Below are positions 24,271 to 35,708 of a DNA stretch of 64,000 nt, piece by piece. Under the pieces are notes generated by a model that was not told where the DNA came from, ran no database searches, and saw only the letters and a list, made by a program, of their open reading frames with translations. The stretch is from Rhodosorus marinus CCMP1338 (Eukaryota > Plantae > Rhodophyta), in NCBI GenBank assembly GCA_029953675.1, contig JAMWBK010000012.1:744001-808000 (forward strand). The letters are read 5' to 3'. The number at the start of each line of letters is the position of its first letter. The first letter of the stretch is position 1. Made by a program: the position numbers and the translations under genes.

Positions 24271-25059
24271 GTTGAACAAAACAAACGGCGAAGAACGCTT
24301 GAAAACGTAGACACTTTGTACAGCCAATGCTTCAACTGGCCAGCACGCGCCATCGCCGCATGGGTTCGCTTCTTTCAAGTATTTTTCCTACCACGATTGA
24401 GAATCGACTTGACCAGAGTCTCAAGTCCTTGCTCCGACCCTCCGTGCGATCTGCGATCGAACAGACAGTCCCAGGCAGACCGGGTTTGCCACCTACTAAC
24501 ATATCTGAAGCAATTCCCTGCTAACACGCTGCAGAAACCTCTGAATCTTAGTAGACGCAGTCTTCTCAGTCCGTCCAAGACCAGATCCGTCTGAGCAACG
24601 AAGCCCAATCTCTCCTGGGCAGCAACCTCAGTACTCGCTCCCTCTCATTGTCTGTTTCTCTAAAATAAATCCATCCGTTGCGCGCCAGGGGGATATATTA
24701 TTTCAAAAAAGCTATGATTGTCATAAAACGTCTAACATATAATATGGAATAAACGAAGAAAACTCGCTTGCAGTCGACAATAAATATTTGAAAAAATTGT
24801 CTGATTAATGCAATTTACCAGACGTTTGTAGTCAAAGATTTTCATCCATAAAGGAGTATTTTATTCGTTTATTAGATATAATTTTGTACTAATTTTGTAC
24901 TAGACTTTTTTATCGGACGAAATATGACACCCAAAAAACGATACTTTTTATGTACTTTTTTGGAAGAGAAAATTGGTCGTTTGTCCATAAAAGAATTTTA
25001 TTATTATTATTTTTTTGGCGACGTCTCAACCTATGGAGCCTCTAGCTTGTGTATCCAAG

Positions 25060-25420
25060 TTGGGCGGTGGCGACCGGGTACATGAGAAGATGTTGCTTAG
25101 CCAACGCAAGTATGTGATGATTATCGATAACATATTAGGTATCGATAACTCGCGATCGATGAGGACACTACCGCAGTGTCTGTGACAAGGAGCAAGACCG
25201 CAAAAGCTTGCGAAGCCCCCGCTGAATGAGCGTCCATACACCGGGAACTGGTGGGTAGTCTGATGTTGCTGGCAGCGAGGACGCGCCCGTATATATTTTT
25301 TGGTGTTCGGGTTCAACTGCAGCAACTACGGCTCGGAAGAATCGCAGAAGGCCAAGAGTGGGTTGAGATATTTATTGGGTACTCCGCGATGCAAGCTCAG
25401 CATAGGTGTTCGGACTTGGA
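25060..25420 (+). mobile_element. Ty1/Copia reverse-transcriptase relic (frameshifted)
   Basis: Consecutive motifs across frames: MLLSQRKYV, PY-RELVGSLMLLAARTRPYIFFGV and KAKSGLRYLLGT, matching the Copia RT consensus LSQ.KY, YRELVGSLMYL..TRPDI.FAV, AKRVLRYLKGT. Confidence 0.75.
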
Positions 25421-25589
25421 AAATATCTCAACACCCTCTTGACATCCATGCTGAGCTTGAATTGCCTAGCACCCCGTAGACATCTCGACCCAACGTACCT
25501 CAATCGGGGACGTTAGCCTCCTCAAATTCAGCGCATCCATCAATCGACGATTCCTATCCTTCTTCAGCACGTGGATTCTTCGTTAGCAC

Positions 25590-25690
25590 TTTGCGCCCGG
25601 GGGAGGTTTGGTGGGTTGCGTGAGTGTTACCGAGACCGCCCTGCTGCTCTTTCTCAACTGTATGAACTCTCTGGTTTACTGGAAAACTAA
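25590..25690 (+). mobile_element. Short RLE-LINE C-terminal relic
   Basis: RDRPAALSQLY; shares TGCTCTTTCTCAACTGTA and upstream similarity with the minus-strand relic at 44.34-44.62 kb. Confidence 0.45.
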
Positions 25691-26151
25691 CAACCCCGGG
25701 CCCTTAAAAGTTGCCGTATTCGTCGAGACCCCGCTCTCCTGATCCGATCACCTAACCAACCCCACCCCTTGTGGCGAAACTGGATTAACAAAAAAAAAGA
25801 AGAAAGGACAAGCTGTCAAAATGATAAATAATCATAATTCAATACCACGCCCGCGATTCCAACAACAGAATGGGTAGAAACACCAGAATCTAAAAAACAA
25901 ACAAAAAAACAAAGGAGACAATAGAGACGTCTCACGTCAGCCATTTTTGCACAGCCAGAAAATCCTCAACTTATGTGAAAAAAAGTTATTTCTCGCACAG
26001 AACGTGCGGAACTAGTGTGACAAGTTTTGTTCTAAAAATCCTTAATAAAAGACCATAAATATCTAGATTATGAACCAAAACCCGTTATGCATTGTAATAT
26101 TTTATAGATTATAGAGATATATAGGTTTTGAATTTCGATGTTTGGGGGTAC

Positions 26152-26358
26152 ATGTGCCCTATCTGGGGTCAAGTCGTCGATTCCAACCGGTTGCGCTCAA
26201 CTTTTGATGCCCTATAGCAGGCCCGATGCAAAGCCCTATGGCCCCGCCTATGTCAAGATGTTCTTCCGTGCCGAACCTCTCAGGGCAGCAGCTGAGGAGT
26301 TGTGAAATGAATGGGATGAGTTCGAGCTTGTAAGATCGGATGGTTAAGGGAGTATGGG
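26152..26358 (+). repeat. ~205-bp dispersed repeat, copy 1 (copy 2 at 32824-33036)
   Basis: Direct alignment by eye, including long near-identical stretches such as TGTGAAATGAATGGGATGAGTTCGAGCTTGTAAGATCGGATGGTTAAGGGAGTATGGG. Confidence 0.9.
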
Positions 26359-26609
26359 GGAAGTTTTGACCGTGGCGCTGCAATCGGTTGGCATTCTCAC
26401 CGGACCCCACAGAACGTCGATTCTCATAATGAGCTTATTTTCATGGAATATAACGATGGAAATTAGCGATATGTGTTGTTGTTTTTTTTGTTTGTTTTTG
26501 GATTGGTTTAGCCCCTGCGGCGGACTGTCACTTTTTTTCAGGTATTTAATGGACGGAAATGGTGGGATATTTTGTTGTGGAGAAAATGGGGAATTTGGAG
26601 GAGGAGGAA

Positions 26610-27050
26610 AGGGTTTGTGGGGGAGGTGGGGAGGTGGGGAGTGGGGGAGTTAGGGAGTTGGGGAGTTGGGGAATTGGAGAGTTTGTGGGGGAGGTGGGGA
26701 GGTGGGGAGCGGGGAGTTAGGGAGTTGGGGAGTTGGGGAATTGGAGAGTTTGTGGGGGAGTTGGGGAGGTGGGGAGGTGGGGAGTTGGAGAGCTGAGGGG
26801 AGTGGGGGAGTTGGGGAGTTGGGGAGTAGGAGAGTGGGGATGGTGTGGTTGGGTGAAGTTGGGAGGGAGATTTTGGAGCTGTGGGATTGTGGGGGTTAGG
26901 GAGGACTGTTGGTTGGGGTTGGAGTTGGGAGGGAGATCTTGGAGCTGTGGGATGGGGGGGGAGGGGGAGGTTTGGGAGGACTGTTGGTTAGGGTGAAGTT
27001 GGGAGGGAGAATTGAATCTGTGGGGATGGGGTGAGGTGTGGGCTGGGGGA
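26610..27050 (+). repeat. G-rich degenerate tandem array (GGGGAG[T/G]T-type units with a ~60-bp higher-order repeat); G-quadruplex-prone
   Basis: Dozens of GGG/GGGG tracts separated by 1-5 nt, directly upstream of the zinc-finger gene. Confidence 0.85.
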
Positions 27051-27089
27051 GCGGAGGAAGGGCCGGAATTTTACTATTATTATTTAAGG

Positions 27090-28427
27090 ATGGTTAGCCT
27101 GGATAAGAGTTCTAGGAGGTCATTATTTGGCTCGTATCCGTTGCCGGATGCGGTTGTTTCGTGGTTGACGTTTACTGATGAACGCGCCAATGAGAACGCG
27201 CACTGGCTGGATTCGTCTGTGGTTGTAACGAAGGGTATTGTGGAAACGAAAGGTGTGGTCCCGGGTCAAAGCCGGCCTCAGATATGGTTGGGGAGCAAGA
27301 GGTCGATGCTGATGATGTGCGAGTACGACTCCGAAGGTTTCTGTTTGGGCACCCTTACGAATGGGGATCACCCGCTCGTGGCGGCATTGATGGGAAACGA
27401 ACGGACCTCCCGCTTTGCATTAGTGGCAGACAAGGAGAACCTATCGTTCAGGTCAATGGTCTCTTGTAGTTATGATTCTGGTTACGTTTCGATGACATTT
27501 TACGAAGGCGTGCCAGGTCGGCAGAGCAACGTCGCAGCCGTATCTCAGCGGACTGCTGTGTTCAAGAAGGACACTCCACATATTATTGAGAAAGAAATTA
27601 GGGCTTTTGAACCCTGTGATGAACACAAACCTCGCGGGGGTTCATACTCCCATATACGTACGCCAAGCGCACTAGCGGATGGATCATGCTGGGAGAGGTT
27701 TCAGCTCATGGCTCCTGCACTCTTCAAGGGATGGAGGAATATATGCGTGGAAGTTGATAACTCTACGCAAGCGGGGGCATCACGTGTCCCAAGCAAGAGG
27801 AAAACGATGGATATGAGAGTATACAGCCGGGTTGTCCGTGATGAAGATGAACTTCGGGAGATCCGCAGAGATTTTGTGAACAAACTATTCGAACGAGCTT
27901 TGCGTCCGACGGTGACTCCAGCAGACGAGGCTTTGGTGTTTTCCACGCACGGGGAGCCACTAGCCCTTGAGTATTGGAGCTCCGTCGAATCAAGTTCGGG
28001 GTTGGATTCAGTACAGAAGGTGCCAACAACTCGATCCAAACAAGCTGGACCTCACACCTGCCATCAGTGCAACCACGATTTTAAGCGTATTTATGAACTA
28101 CATCGCCACATGGACAACGTTCACAACGGTGTTCGGAAGTTTTCGTGCAAGGTTTGCGGCAAGGCGTTCACTCAGTCTACACATGCGCGGGTGCACATGG
28201 AGACGGTTCACCAGAAGGTAATGTCGTGGTGCTGTGACCTATGTGGACGTGGGTTTGGAACAAAGCACAAGCTCGCGAGGCATCAAAAGTCTGTGCATGA
28301 GAAAGAGAGATCTCACGCTTGCTCAGTGTGTGGCGCGAGCTACTTTCAGAGTTCGGACTTGAGGCGGCATATGAAACAAAAACATGATGATGAACCAACA
28401 TCGACAACGGTCCCTGGCGTCGAATAG
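27090..28427 (+). CDS. C2H2 zinc-finger protein (4 C-terminal fingers) with an unrecognised ~330-aa N-terminal region; intronless
   Basis: CHQC..LHRHMDNVH, CKVCGKAF..HMETVH, CDLCGRGF..HQKSVH, CSVCGASY..HMKQKH. Confidence 0.9.
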   Translation: MVSLDKSSRRSLFGSYPLPDAVVSWLTFTDERANENAHWLDSSVVVTKGIVETKGVVPGQSRPQIWLGSKRSMLMMCEYDSEGFCLGTLTNGDHPLVAALMGNERTSRFALVADKENLSFRSMVSCSYDSGYVSMTFYEGVPGRQSNVAAVSQRTAVFKKDTPHIIEKEIRAFEPCDEHKPRGGSYSHIRTPSALADGSCWERFQLMAPALFKGWRNICVEVDNSTQAGASRVPSKRKTMDMRVYSRVVRDEDELREIRRDFVNKLFERALRPTVTPADEALVFSTHGEPLALEYWSSVESSSGLDSVQKVPTTRSKQAGPHTCHQCNHDFKRIYELHRHMDNVHNGVRKFSCKVCGKAFTQSTHARVHMETVHQKVMSWCCDLCGRGFGTKHKLARHQKSVHEKERSHACSVCGASYFQSSDLRRHMKQKHDDEPTSTTVPGVE

Positions 28428-28544
28428 CATTCTAACCACAATAGGAGATTACTTTGTAGAGTGCAATCGGTTCGGTTGTTCTTGCTAATGCTTATCACTT
28501 TTAAGTATAGCAACTTTTCCGTTTCCAAGTATCAAGATGAACCC

Positions 28545-28850
28545 CTGTCTTGTGCATGGGAAGGAAGTGATCGAGGCACCATTTAAATTCTATGATAACA
28601 ACATCCTTATCCCCATGCGTGAACCCTGGCAACTTGGTAACCAACTCTCCCGTAGAATTGCAACCCCATGCAGGTTGCTGCGAGGTGTCCCGTGCGGAAG
28701 GGATAAAGAAATACCTCGGATATCAGTCGGTCCAATCGTAAGATCAGTGTGGCGCGATAAGGCACTTCCTGGTGCTCAACTCCAATCGAAGCCAGTCCCA
28801 AGTGTGAAGCATATTGCCGTGAACTGCCAAAAATGACTGAGTCCAGTAGT
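28545..28850 (-). mobile_element. Possible Ty3/Gypsy integrase relic
   Basis: VTKLPGFTHGDKDVVII...HFLPMHKT resembles DFITGLP...G.D.ILVVVD..K.AHFIP..KT; stops nearby. Confidence 0.35.
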
Positions 28851-29501
28851 ATTCGTTCATTCCTCCGCTGCATGAGGGTTTCGATAGGAATCGATTTCAG
28901 TGAAGTGCCCCTCGTTCGTCACCTCAATCTCAGGAACAGACTGATTTGATTGTCAGGGGGCGTTTCTGTACTCGATCCCGTCCTCGATCTACACATTGTA
29001 CCGACTACTCGCTGCTAGAAACCACCACTTAGCTCCTTTCCGTCTGTTCAGTGGGGTTGCTCTAGCAGTATGCTTGCCGAGGTTTGCAACCACCGACTCG
29101 GGTTTACTTCCTCGTACCTGGGTCCTATTACACCCCTACCCGTGCGCAGCGCTGAACGCTATGTCAGTTAAAACCATTTCTACGAGGTTCGCATACGTGA
29201 CTGACCACATGTGAAGCCCTCAGTGCGGCAAAGTCGGGTAAGGCAGAGAGCACTCAGAGACGAAGTTCAGAGCGCGGAGATCTGGCGCATGAAAGTTGTT
29301 CACATGTCCCGGATTGCAACCGAAAACATAGGCTTTTTATTTTGAAAGGAATTTGAAGCTCTTCTTTTATTTTCACTTCTAAGAGCTGTGCAGTTGCTAT
29401 ACAAGGCTCATTGACGCAGACGTTTCAGAAGCTCTGCGCGGACTCCCGCCGAGGGATAGACCCGTGTTCGATGCCGCCCCGAACAGCAACACCGAATGTT
29501 C

Positions 29502-30290
29502 TTAGTGAAGCCTCTGAGGCTCTCCGTAGAAGAAGTCGTCCATGACAACGATCTCGCAGCCGTGACACTTCTTGTCGTTGATCTTACCGTTTCCGAGCTT
29601 GACGCTTACACGCGCAATGATGGGCTCATGGAAGTAGAATCCGAGGAAGGAAAGTCCCTTGGGGCTGGCCTCAACGTAAGACTGGGCGATAATGCAGTCG
29701 TCAGCATCGTAAGCGATCATCTCAGTGACGTTCTCGAGGTCGACTCCAACGAAGACGGCTCCGAATCCCTTGACAGCGGCCCTGGTGTTCTTGCCGGGGA
29801 CGGTGAACTTGATCCAGAATTCGTTGTCCTTGATTGGAGTGAACAGCCGCTTCTCACTGAACGCAACGAAGGTCTTGGATTCAGCGTGGTTGAGGGTCGA
29901 GAACTTTCTGTCCTTGATAGTGTTCGGCTTCGGGTTGCTGACGCGGAATTGGTTTTGCTTGCTGAACAAGTTCAATCCGCGCGTGACGGTTTCATCGAAG
30001 AAATCCTTGGGCATCTCGAACGGAACGATCGGGGCGTCCCAGTTGACGCTTCGCTGCCCGGACGGGAAAGGTCCCGGGTTGCTTCCATTGTCTTCTCCAC
30101 CCAAAAGTCCCTTGAAGTGGTCCACAGACGTGCTCAACCACTCGGGACACTCACCAGCCCCGTGAACGATGGTCTTAAAAATCGGCTTTTCAAAATGGGG
30201 ATTCTTGCACACAAACTTCCTGGCGGAGGTCTGCCCTGCCATCATCACCACCGCCATAGCGGCAATCAGTGCAATCGTGCTGATCTTCAT
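29502..30290 (-). CDS. Secreted protein of an uncharacterised family resembling bacterial exported (PEP-CTERM-associated type) proteins; intronless
   Basis: Signal peptide MKISTIALIAAMAVVMMAG; motifs LGGEDNGSNPGPFPSGQRSVNWDA, FSEKRLFTP, FTVPG..AAVKGFGAVFVGVD, LSFLG, VVMDDFFYGEPQ; strong codon bias. Confidence 0.85.
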   Translation of the reverse strand: MKISTIALIAAMAVVMMAGQTSARKFVCKNPHFEKPIFKTIVHGAGECPEWLSTSVDHFKGLLGGEDNGSNPGPFPSGQRSVNWDAPIVPFEMPKDFFDETVTRGLNLFSKQNQFRVSNPKPNTIKDRKFSTLNHAESKTFVAFSEKRLFTPIKDNEFWIKFTVPGKNTRAAVKGFGAVFVGVDLENVTEMIAYDADDCIIAQSYVEASPKGLSFLGFYFHEPIIARVSVKLGNGKINDKKCHGCEIVVMDDFFYGEPQRLH

Positions 30291-32823
30291 GGCCCTTACT
30301 TGTTTTGTCTTTTTTGCGTATTTGTCGCTGTAATAATCTCTCTCTTTTTCTCTCTCTCTCTTTGTCTCTTTGCTTGCTTGGTCCGTTCTCGATCTCCTCA
30401 CGATTCAGACGTTCCAGGTCTTCCTCTTATAGTGTTCGAAGGCACTCTGATAGTCTCCGCACGCCCATGGAGCTGAACCAAAGCAGCCTACGCCCCTGAC
30501 AATCAGAGCTCTCCCATTTGAAAAGTGCGTTTAGCACCATGCTGACTGTCGTTTAGAATGGAAGAGCGAACACAAGAAATTTCAGTGTTGCTGTCTCCGC
30601 AGGTGTGCAATACCAGACGCAAGGGTCAGTACCGCCCGGCATCCCTTGCCCCCTTCCAGGAACCGAGCCAGGCGCAGAGGTCAGAGAAAAAATTGAGTAC
30701 AAAACATGCCGGTCTAGAACCGCTGCTCAGATTCGAGAAACTTCTTCACAGCTTGGCTCAAAATTGGCCTCCTCAACAGCTGCGCAATCCCTTGGCTGAG
30801 TCAGGAGCTTGTTACGAGCACGGCACAAAACGCAATAGGCCCGACGGTGAACTGAACAACTCGTGAACCGGATTTTTTTGGCTGGTTTGGTGGTGATTTG
30901 ACTTAGGCTTTCGTCAACTTCAACTTCACCACAGGCGGCCGCTCATTTTCGGTCCACTGTCGATTAGCCTACTTCTTCGCCTACCTCCCTCGAATTTTTC
31001 ATTTCAAAGAACTCTTAATTCACTGAATGTGCTGCCTACGACGGCCTGTCAGCCGCCTTTAGAAGGAGCATTCCCCCACTTGATTCAAAGGCAACAACAT
31101 CCGGGAAAAATAGGAAAATTCTACAAACAAGGAGGAAGTCGCCCCACTTCGGGACTGAGCCAAACGAAGCTCAACAATGTCGACCCGACAGCCCACCCGC
31201 ACCAACCAGCCAAACCCAGGGACCCCGCACGTCATCAGGAATTAAGACGATTCCCTTTTTTGCAATCCCTTTTCGTTCGATGCTGATTCCCGTAAAATAT
31301 TTCCTAAACGTGACCACCCGTCCGCGGGATACTCGGGTGAAGATCCTAAAGGGTGACAACACGTCTCGAAACACAACTCGGGTGAAGAACCTGCTTTGCC
31401 CGCGTTCTTAACCCTTCCACCTAGCCCCTCTCCAGATGCCCACCACCCTCCAACTGGGGAAAGCCTTGGCCTTTGACTCAGATCAGAAACCAAAAGGGCG
31501 GTCCTCCCCATTGCTTTCAGAAAACGGCTTGCCCTTTAATATAAGAAATAAAACCGATGATCCGCATGCGAGGCTATTAATTGGACAAACACATCCTGAA
31601 TTGTTTCTTACTTTGATCAAGAGTTAAGTTCAGTCAATTTTATTTTGACTGACTGTGATGGGGGATGGGTTGGGACGTATTTGGGTTATCAACGACGAGC
31701 TTTGCCTTGAGGGATGCTCCTTTTTTTCCTTTTTGTTTTGTTTGGCATAGTGGCGGGCGCTGGTTCCATCAGCGACTGAGCGACACAAACCCTCGTCCTC
31801 GCGCCGTGGCACACACGTGTTCAGTACATGGCGCGAAAAAATCGTCCTTTGCTATGTTCGAATTATTTTCGAAAAACGGTAAACGAGCTGCCTGAGGACA
31901 AAGGAGCCGGTTCTTCGAGTCGAAGACTCCCTGGTTGCACCACTCGATTCTGATGCTCCAACATAAGTGCTCTCCATTCTTGCTGCCGGACCGTCGATGG
32001 CAGCGGAGCTCTCGTGGCAACTCAGAAATTCCCTAATCTGAGTGTCCTTGTAGCCTAACGCAGTCCGACCTGGACCATGCCTAAGAACGGTTGTGGATAC
32101 TGAGACAAAACCAATACCAACTGACGTCCATTCGCTTGGCGAGGAAACAGCCTTTAGATGGGCCTGAGTTTCTCCACTATACAATACGATCGCCATGTCA
32201 GAGAGAGTCAGATCGAAATCCGCAGTAATCTCAACAAACTCGCGTGTTGTCGTAGTGGAACTCGTTTATCATCATCGTGACGTCCGTCGTGGGGGGTATT
32301 AGTTGGAGTGCTTCCACCATCTAGTGGACATTCTGTGACGGCGGCGTGTCGTCACCACTCTTCGCTGGACTACTCGCGACTCCAAGCTAGACTGTGAGGC
32401 TAAACATTGGTAAACCGCAACCTAACCTGGCTCAGTATCTAGCTTTGCCCAAAACGGAACTATTGGCGCTTCACATGGTTGTTGAACGCCGTCGTATTGC
32501 TCAGCGAGGACGTTGAATGCGTTTTCAGATTGCAACCAAGTTCACTCAAATCTCGAGGTTTATGCTCCGGTCTTCTCAGAAAAAAAGATTTGCTCGGATC
32601 TGAGCATGTCGAAAAGATGGCAAAATTTCAAAGACGTGCCCCGATGTCCTCCTTGCCGATCTTCTCGGTAGAAGTCCGTTTTCACTGTCTTTCATAACTG
32701 TTGGTTGTACGAGTACAATTTCACTCCTCACTAACCTCAAGAGGCAGTATGTATGGTGGCAATAGGGCACGCCCTATCGCCCCATGCATATTTCGGTACT
32801 AATTTCAACGGTTTTGCCCTAAA

Positions 32824-33036
32824 ATGTGCCCTATCTGCGGTTCAAGTCGTCGATTCCAACCAGCCCGCTCAACTTTTGATGCCCTGTAGCAGGCCCTATG
32901 CAAGCCCTATGCAAGCTCTATGGCCCTATGTCAAGATGTTCTTCCGTGCCGAACCTCTCTGAGCAGCAGCTGAGGAGCTGTGAAATGAATGGGATGAGTT
33001 CGAGCTTGTAAGATCGGATGGTTAAGGGAGTATGGG
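32824..33036 (+). repeat. ~205-bp dispersed repeat, copy 2
   Basis: Matches 26152-26358 with scattered substitutions and a small internal duplication. Confidence 0.9.
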
Positions 33037-33857
33037 CATTCTGTAAAATTGCAATTCCAGCATTACCCAAGCCTCCTCCGCTTCTTGTTTTTGTCCTCCA
33101 CCCATCCTAGATTAAATTTACCGCAACCAGACTCATCACCAGCTTCATGTTTCTTCAGACAAAAATCCGTCAACGAGGAAAACATGGACAACCCCTTTAC
33201 CTCCTCAGGATCCGTCGAGACGCGGCAGGCTCCCCCTCGCAAAACGTTCGCTGGAATTATTCCTCTTCTTGTCTTTCCATGTCCTTGCGATGCCCATTTC
33301 AAGAAGCCGGACAGAGGGGCCTCGTTACCCTCCTACTTGATTTAGCTACCTATGCCGCTAAACTCTGCGGTTGCCACCGAAGTTTATCAATAAACGGATG
33401 TGAGGTTCATCATCACCATCTTATTCGGGGCTCAGAGAGAGGCTGAAGACACGTGCGGAACAACAAAGCATCGTTGGAGACCCGGGGCGTCAAAGATAGG
33501 ACCGTGAGGAGGCGGTAAAGACGTCCGGGGTCATCACGAAAGACAAAACTAACCACGGTGTAAAAGCCCAAAGAATTCGATAATGAGCGGTACATACCGA
33601 TCAAAAAGCGAAGAGTCCCGTAACGTAGGATTCGTCAACGCCTCGGCGTCTGAAGGTTCGTTCAGCCGAATGTTCATCATCTTCCGTTTATTAAGAGACT
33701 AACTACCCTTCGGAGAAGGGATTCTTCAGTGAATTTCTCCTCAAACTTTTCTCCTCAAAACTCTTCCTACAATCTTTTCAGAAAGCAGGTAGGTCCCCCG
33801 TGGACTATGGTATCCTGAATTTTAGTTGAATAATTCGGTATACAGATCGAACGAATG

Positions 33858-33940
33858 GTTTAATCGGAGGCTGAAAAAAAAAACCCCGAGGGGAAAAAAA
33901 GACTAAGCGCGGCGAAGTACTCGCGCCTCCAACATCAAAG
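33858..33940 (-). mobile_element. Very short 3'-terminal fragment of the RLE-LINE family
   Basis: Reverse complement matches the 3' ends at 35.6, 40.3 and 40.6 kb (TTGATGTTGGAGGCGCG..CGCCGCGCTTAGTC-T tract-CCCTCGGGG-T tract-TCAG). Confidence 0.75.
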
Positions 33941-34499
33941 GTATACAGATAGGGCAACGAAGTAGCGTTAAAAATGGCCCTAGGGCCGTATGAAAATGGT
34001 TCAGAATGGAGGGGTGCACCTCGAATTGTTTTCATTATGGCGGTGCCCTATCGAACCCTATATAGGGCTGGCCCTATGGCCCTATTACCACCTTACAGTA
34101 TGTCCACCTCCAGGCAGTCTCTTCAGTGCAGGGCGTACTACGCTGACAGTACGCCTGATCGATCTGCTGAATAGGGTTTGCTACAAGTCTACCTCGATGC
34201 GTTCTGGCTAAAAGATAACTGTCGTGAAGCTTCTCACATACCAGTGACAAGCTACTTATAGATTTATCATCATCATCATCGTTAACTCGGAGACAGCAGC
34301 CCTAGGAGGAAGAGGGATAGGCTAAACCAAGAAAACGGGCCTCTGGAGACCAAGGCTGCACTAGAACGCCACAGCATAGATCAATCACTGTAACGAGGAG
34401 CGATGATTGTTGGCCCGCGGTGTAACCCACAATGACCACAGTGACCGACACTGCGGTGAAAGTCACATTCTGGAGACAAGTCTAGCGACTTTGAGTACA

Positions 34500-35280
34500 A
34501 CCCATCTCAATTTAAATGCATCGTTCGAGGGATCTTCATTGTGTGTACTCCGGCACAAGAGCGTGGATCTCTGATTATGCTCCAAGAAACGATTTGAACA
34601 ACTCCACTTCTACCAAATCTCTTCTCTCCTCAGAAATTGAGAGGCTTGTCAAATCTTGACATCGGTTGTACCAGGAAGGGCAAAGGTGGTATTATCGGAC
34701 GCCAGTGACGTGGGTGTTGGAGCAATACTACAGAAGACGGAAGACGGTCAACTTCGAGCAATTTCTTTGCGTCAAGGAAGTTGGGGAGCGTGTTGGAATT
34801 CTGCTCTGGCGTTGAATAGTGATCATTTCTGGGTGTGACAGACTATCACTCTCGATTTAATGGCTTTTCTATATGCATGATGAATCATAGCGACCGTCGA
34901 TTAGCGACGTATTGACTTGGTATAATATCCCAAGTCCGAGTAGTGGTAGAGGGGATAGAGCGGAAGAGGGAGAGAGATTTGCAGTAGAGGCAAAAGTTGA
35001 AATTCTTGAGACGGGTGAGTTCTCAAGTGGATTGTATCTATTGCGTATTGGTGTGATGCTTCACCATCGAATCGCATACAGCGGTCAGCGGGAAGGAGTT
35101 TCATGAAACAACTCTGCGTGATTGCGCGTGTCGAACCCTCTTTCTCTGGCGATTTTGGAACGCGAAAGTTTCATCAGATATTGCCTGTAGGATTCCAATA
35201 AGCTTGTACACGTAGGTTGTATTTCTTATAACTTAGGTTTGAAATAAGAGGTCAGATCAAGTCACTGCGATTTACAACAG
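34500..35280 (+). mobile_element. Ty3/Gypsy pol relic (RT-RNaseH and integrase Zn-finger remnants)
   Basis: VVLSDASDVGVGAILQKTEDGQLRAISL (RNase H TDAS motif); downstream degenerate segments with stops. Confidence 0.6.
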
Positions 35281-35559
35281 AGCGGGCACATTGACAAAGA
35301 CTATCTAGTTGGCAAATTTGCCGCATGATCATCATTCGCACCCCTCGTTCTTGAGCACCATGAAACACCATTATATTTTATTGGACAGGCTGTTGTGAAA
35401 CTTATAAATAAACGTAATTCAATACATGAGAGTGACAGTTTGTCATCCGAGAAGTAATCATAATTCAATACCTCTATTACCCCAGATGATTGATTATTCG
35501 ATTTGTGTTGATTGAATATCGGACGTATATTTCCGAGTATTGTTCAGCAAACTCGCAGG

Positions 35560-35708
35560 GCGTCTGTCCTCGCTGTTTACCCGTGTTCAAGCTTCTTGCC
35601 GTTCCGTATGAACGCTGCTTTGACGTTGGAGGCGCGCGATCTTCACCGCGCTTAGTCTTTTCTTGTTTTTTCCCCCTCGGGGATTTTTCTTTCAGTCTCC
35701 GATCAAAC
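35560..35708 (+). mobile_element. 3' end of RLE-LINE family copy
   Basis: Encodes ...FRMNAALTLEARDLHRA* followed by the shared 3' tail. Confidence 0.75.

Noticed and set aside
26572-26996. Gly/Trp-rich ORFs and a telomere-like reading of the G-rich tract
   Set aside because: The ORFs are translations of low-complexity DNA; the units are too irregular for a telomeric repeat and lie internally.
29496-30476. 326-codon plus-strand ORF overlapping the secreted protein gene
   Set aside because: Antisense shadow of a codon-biased gene; the minus strand has the signal peptide and family motifs.
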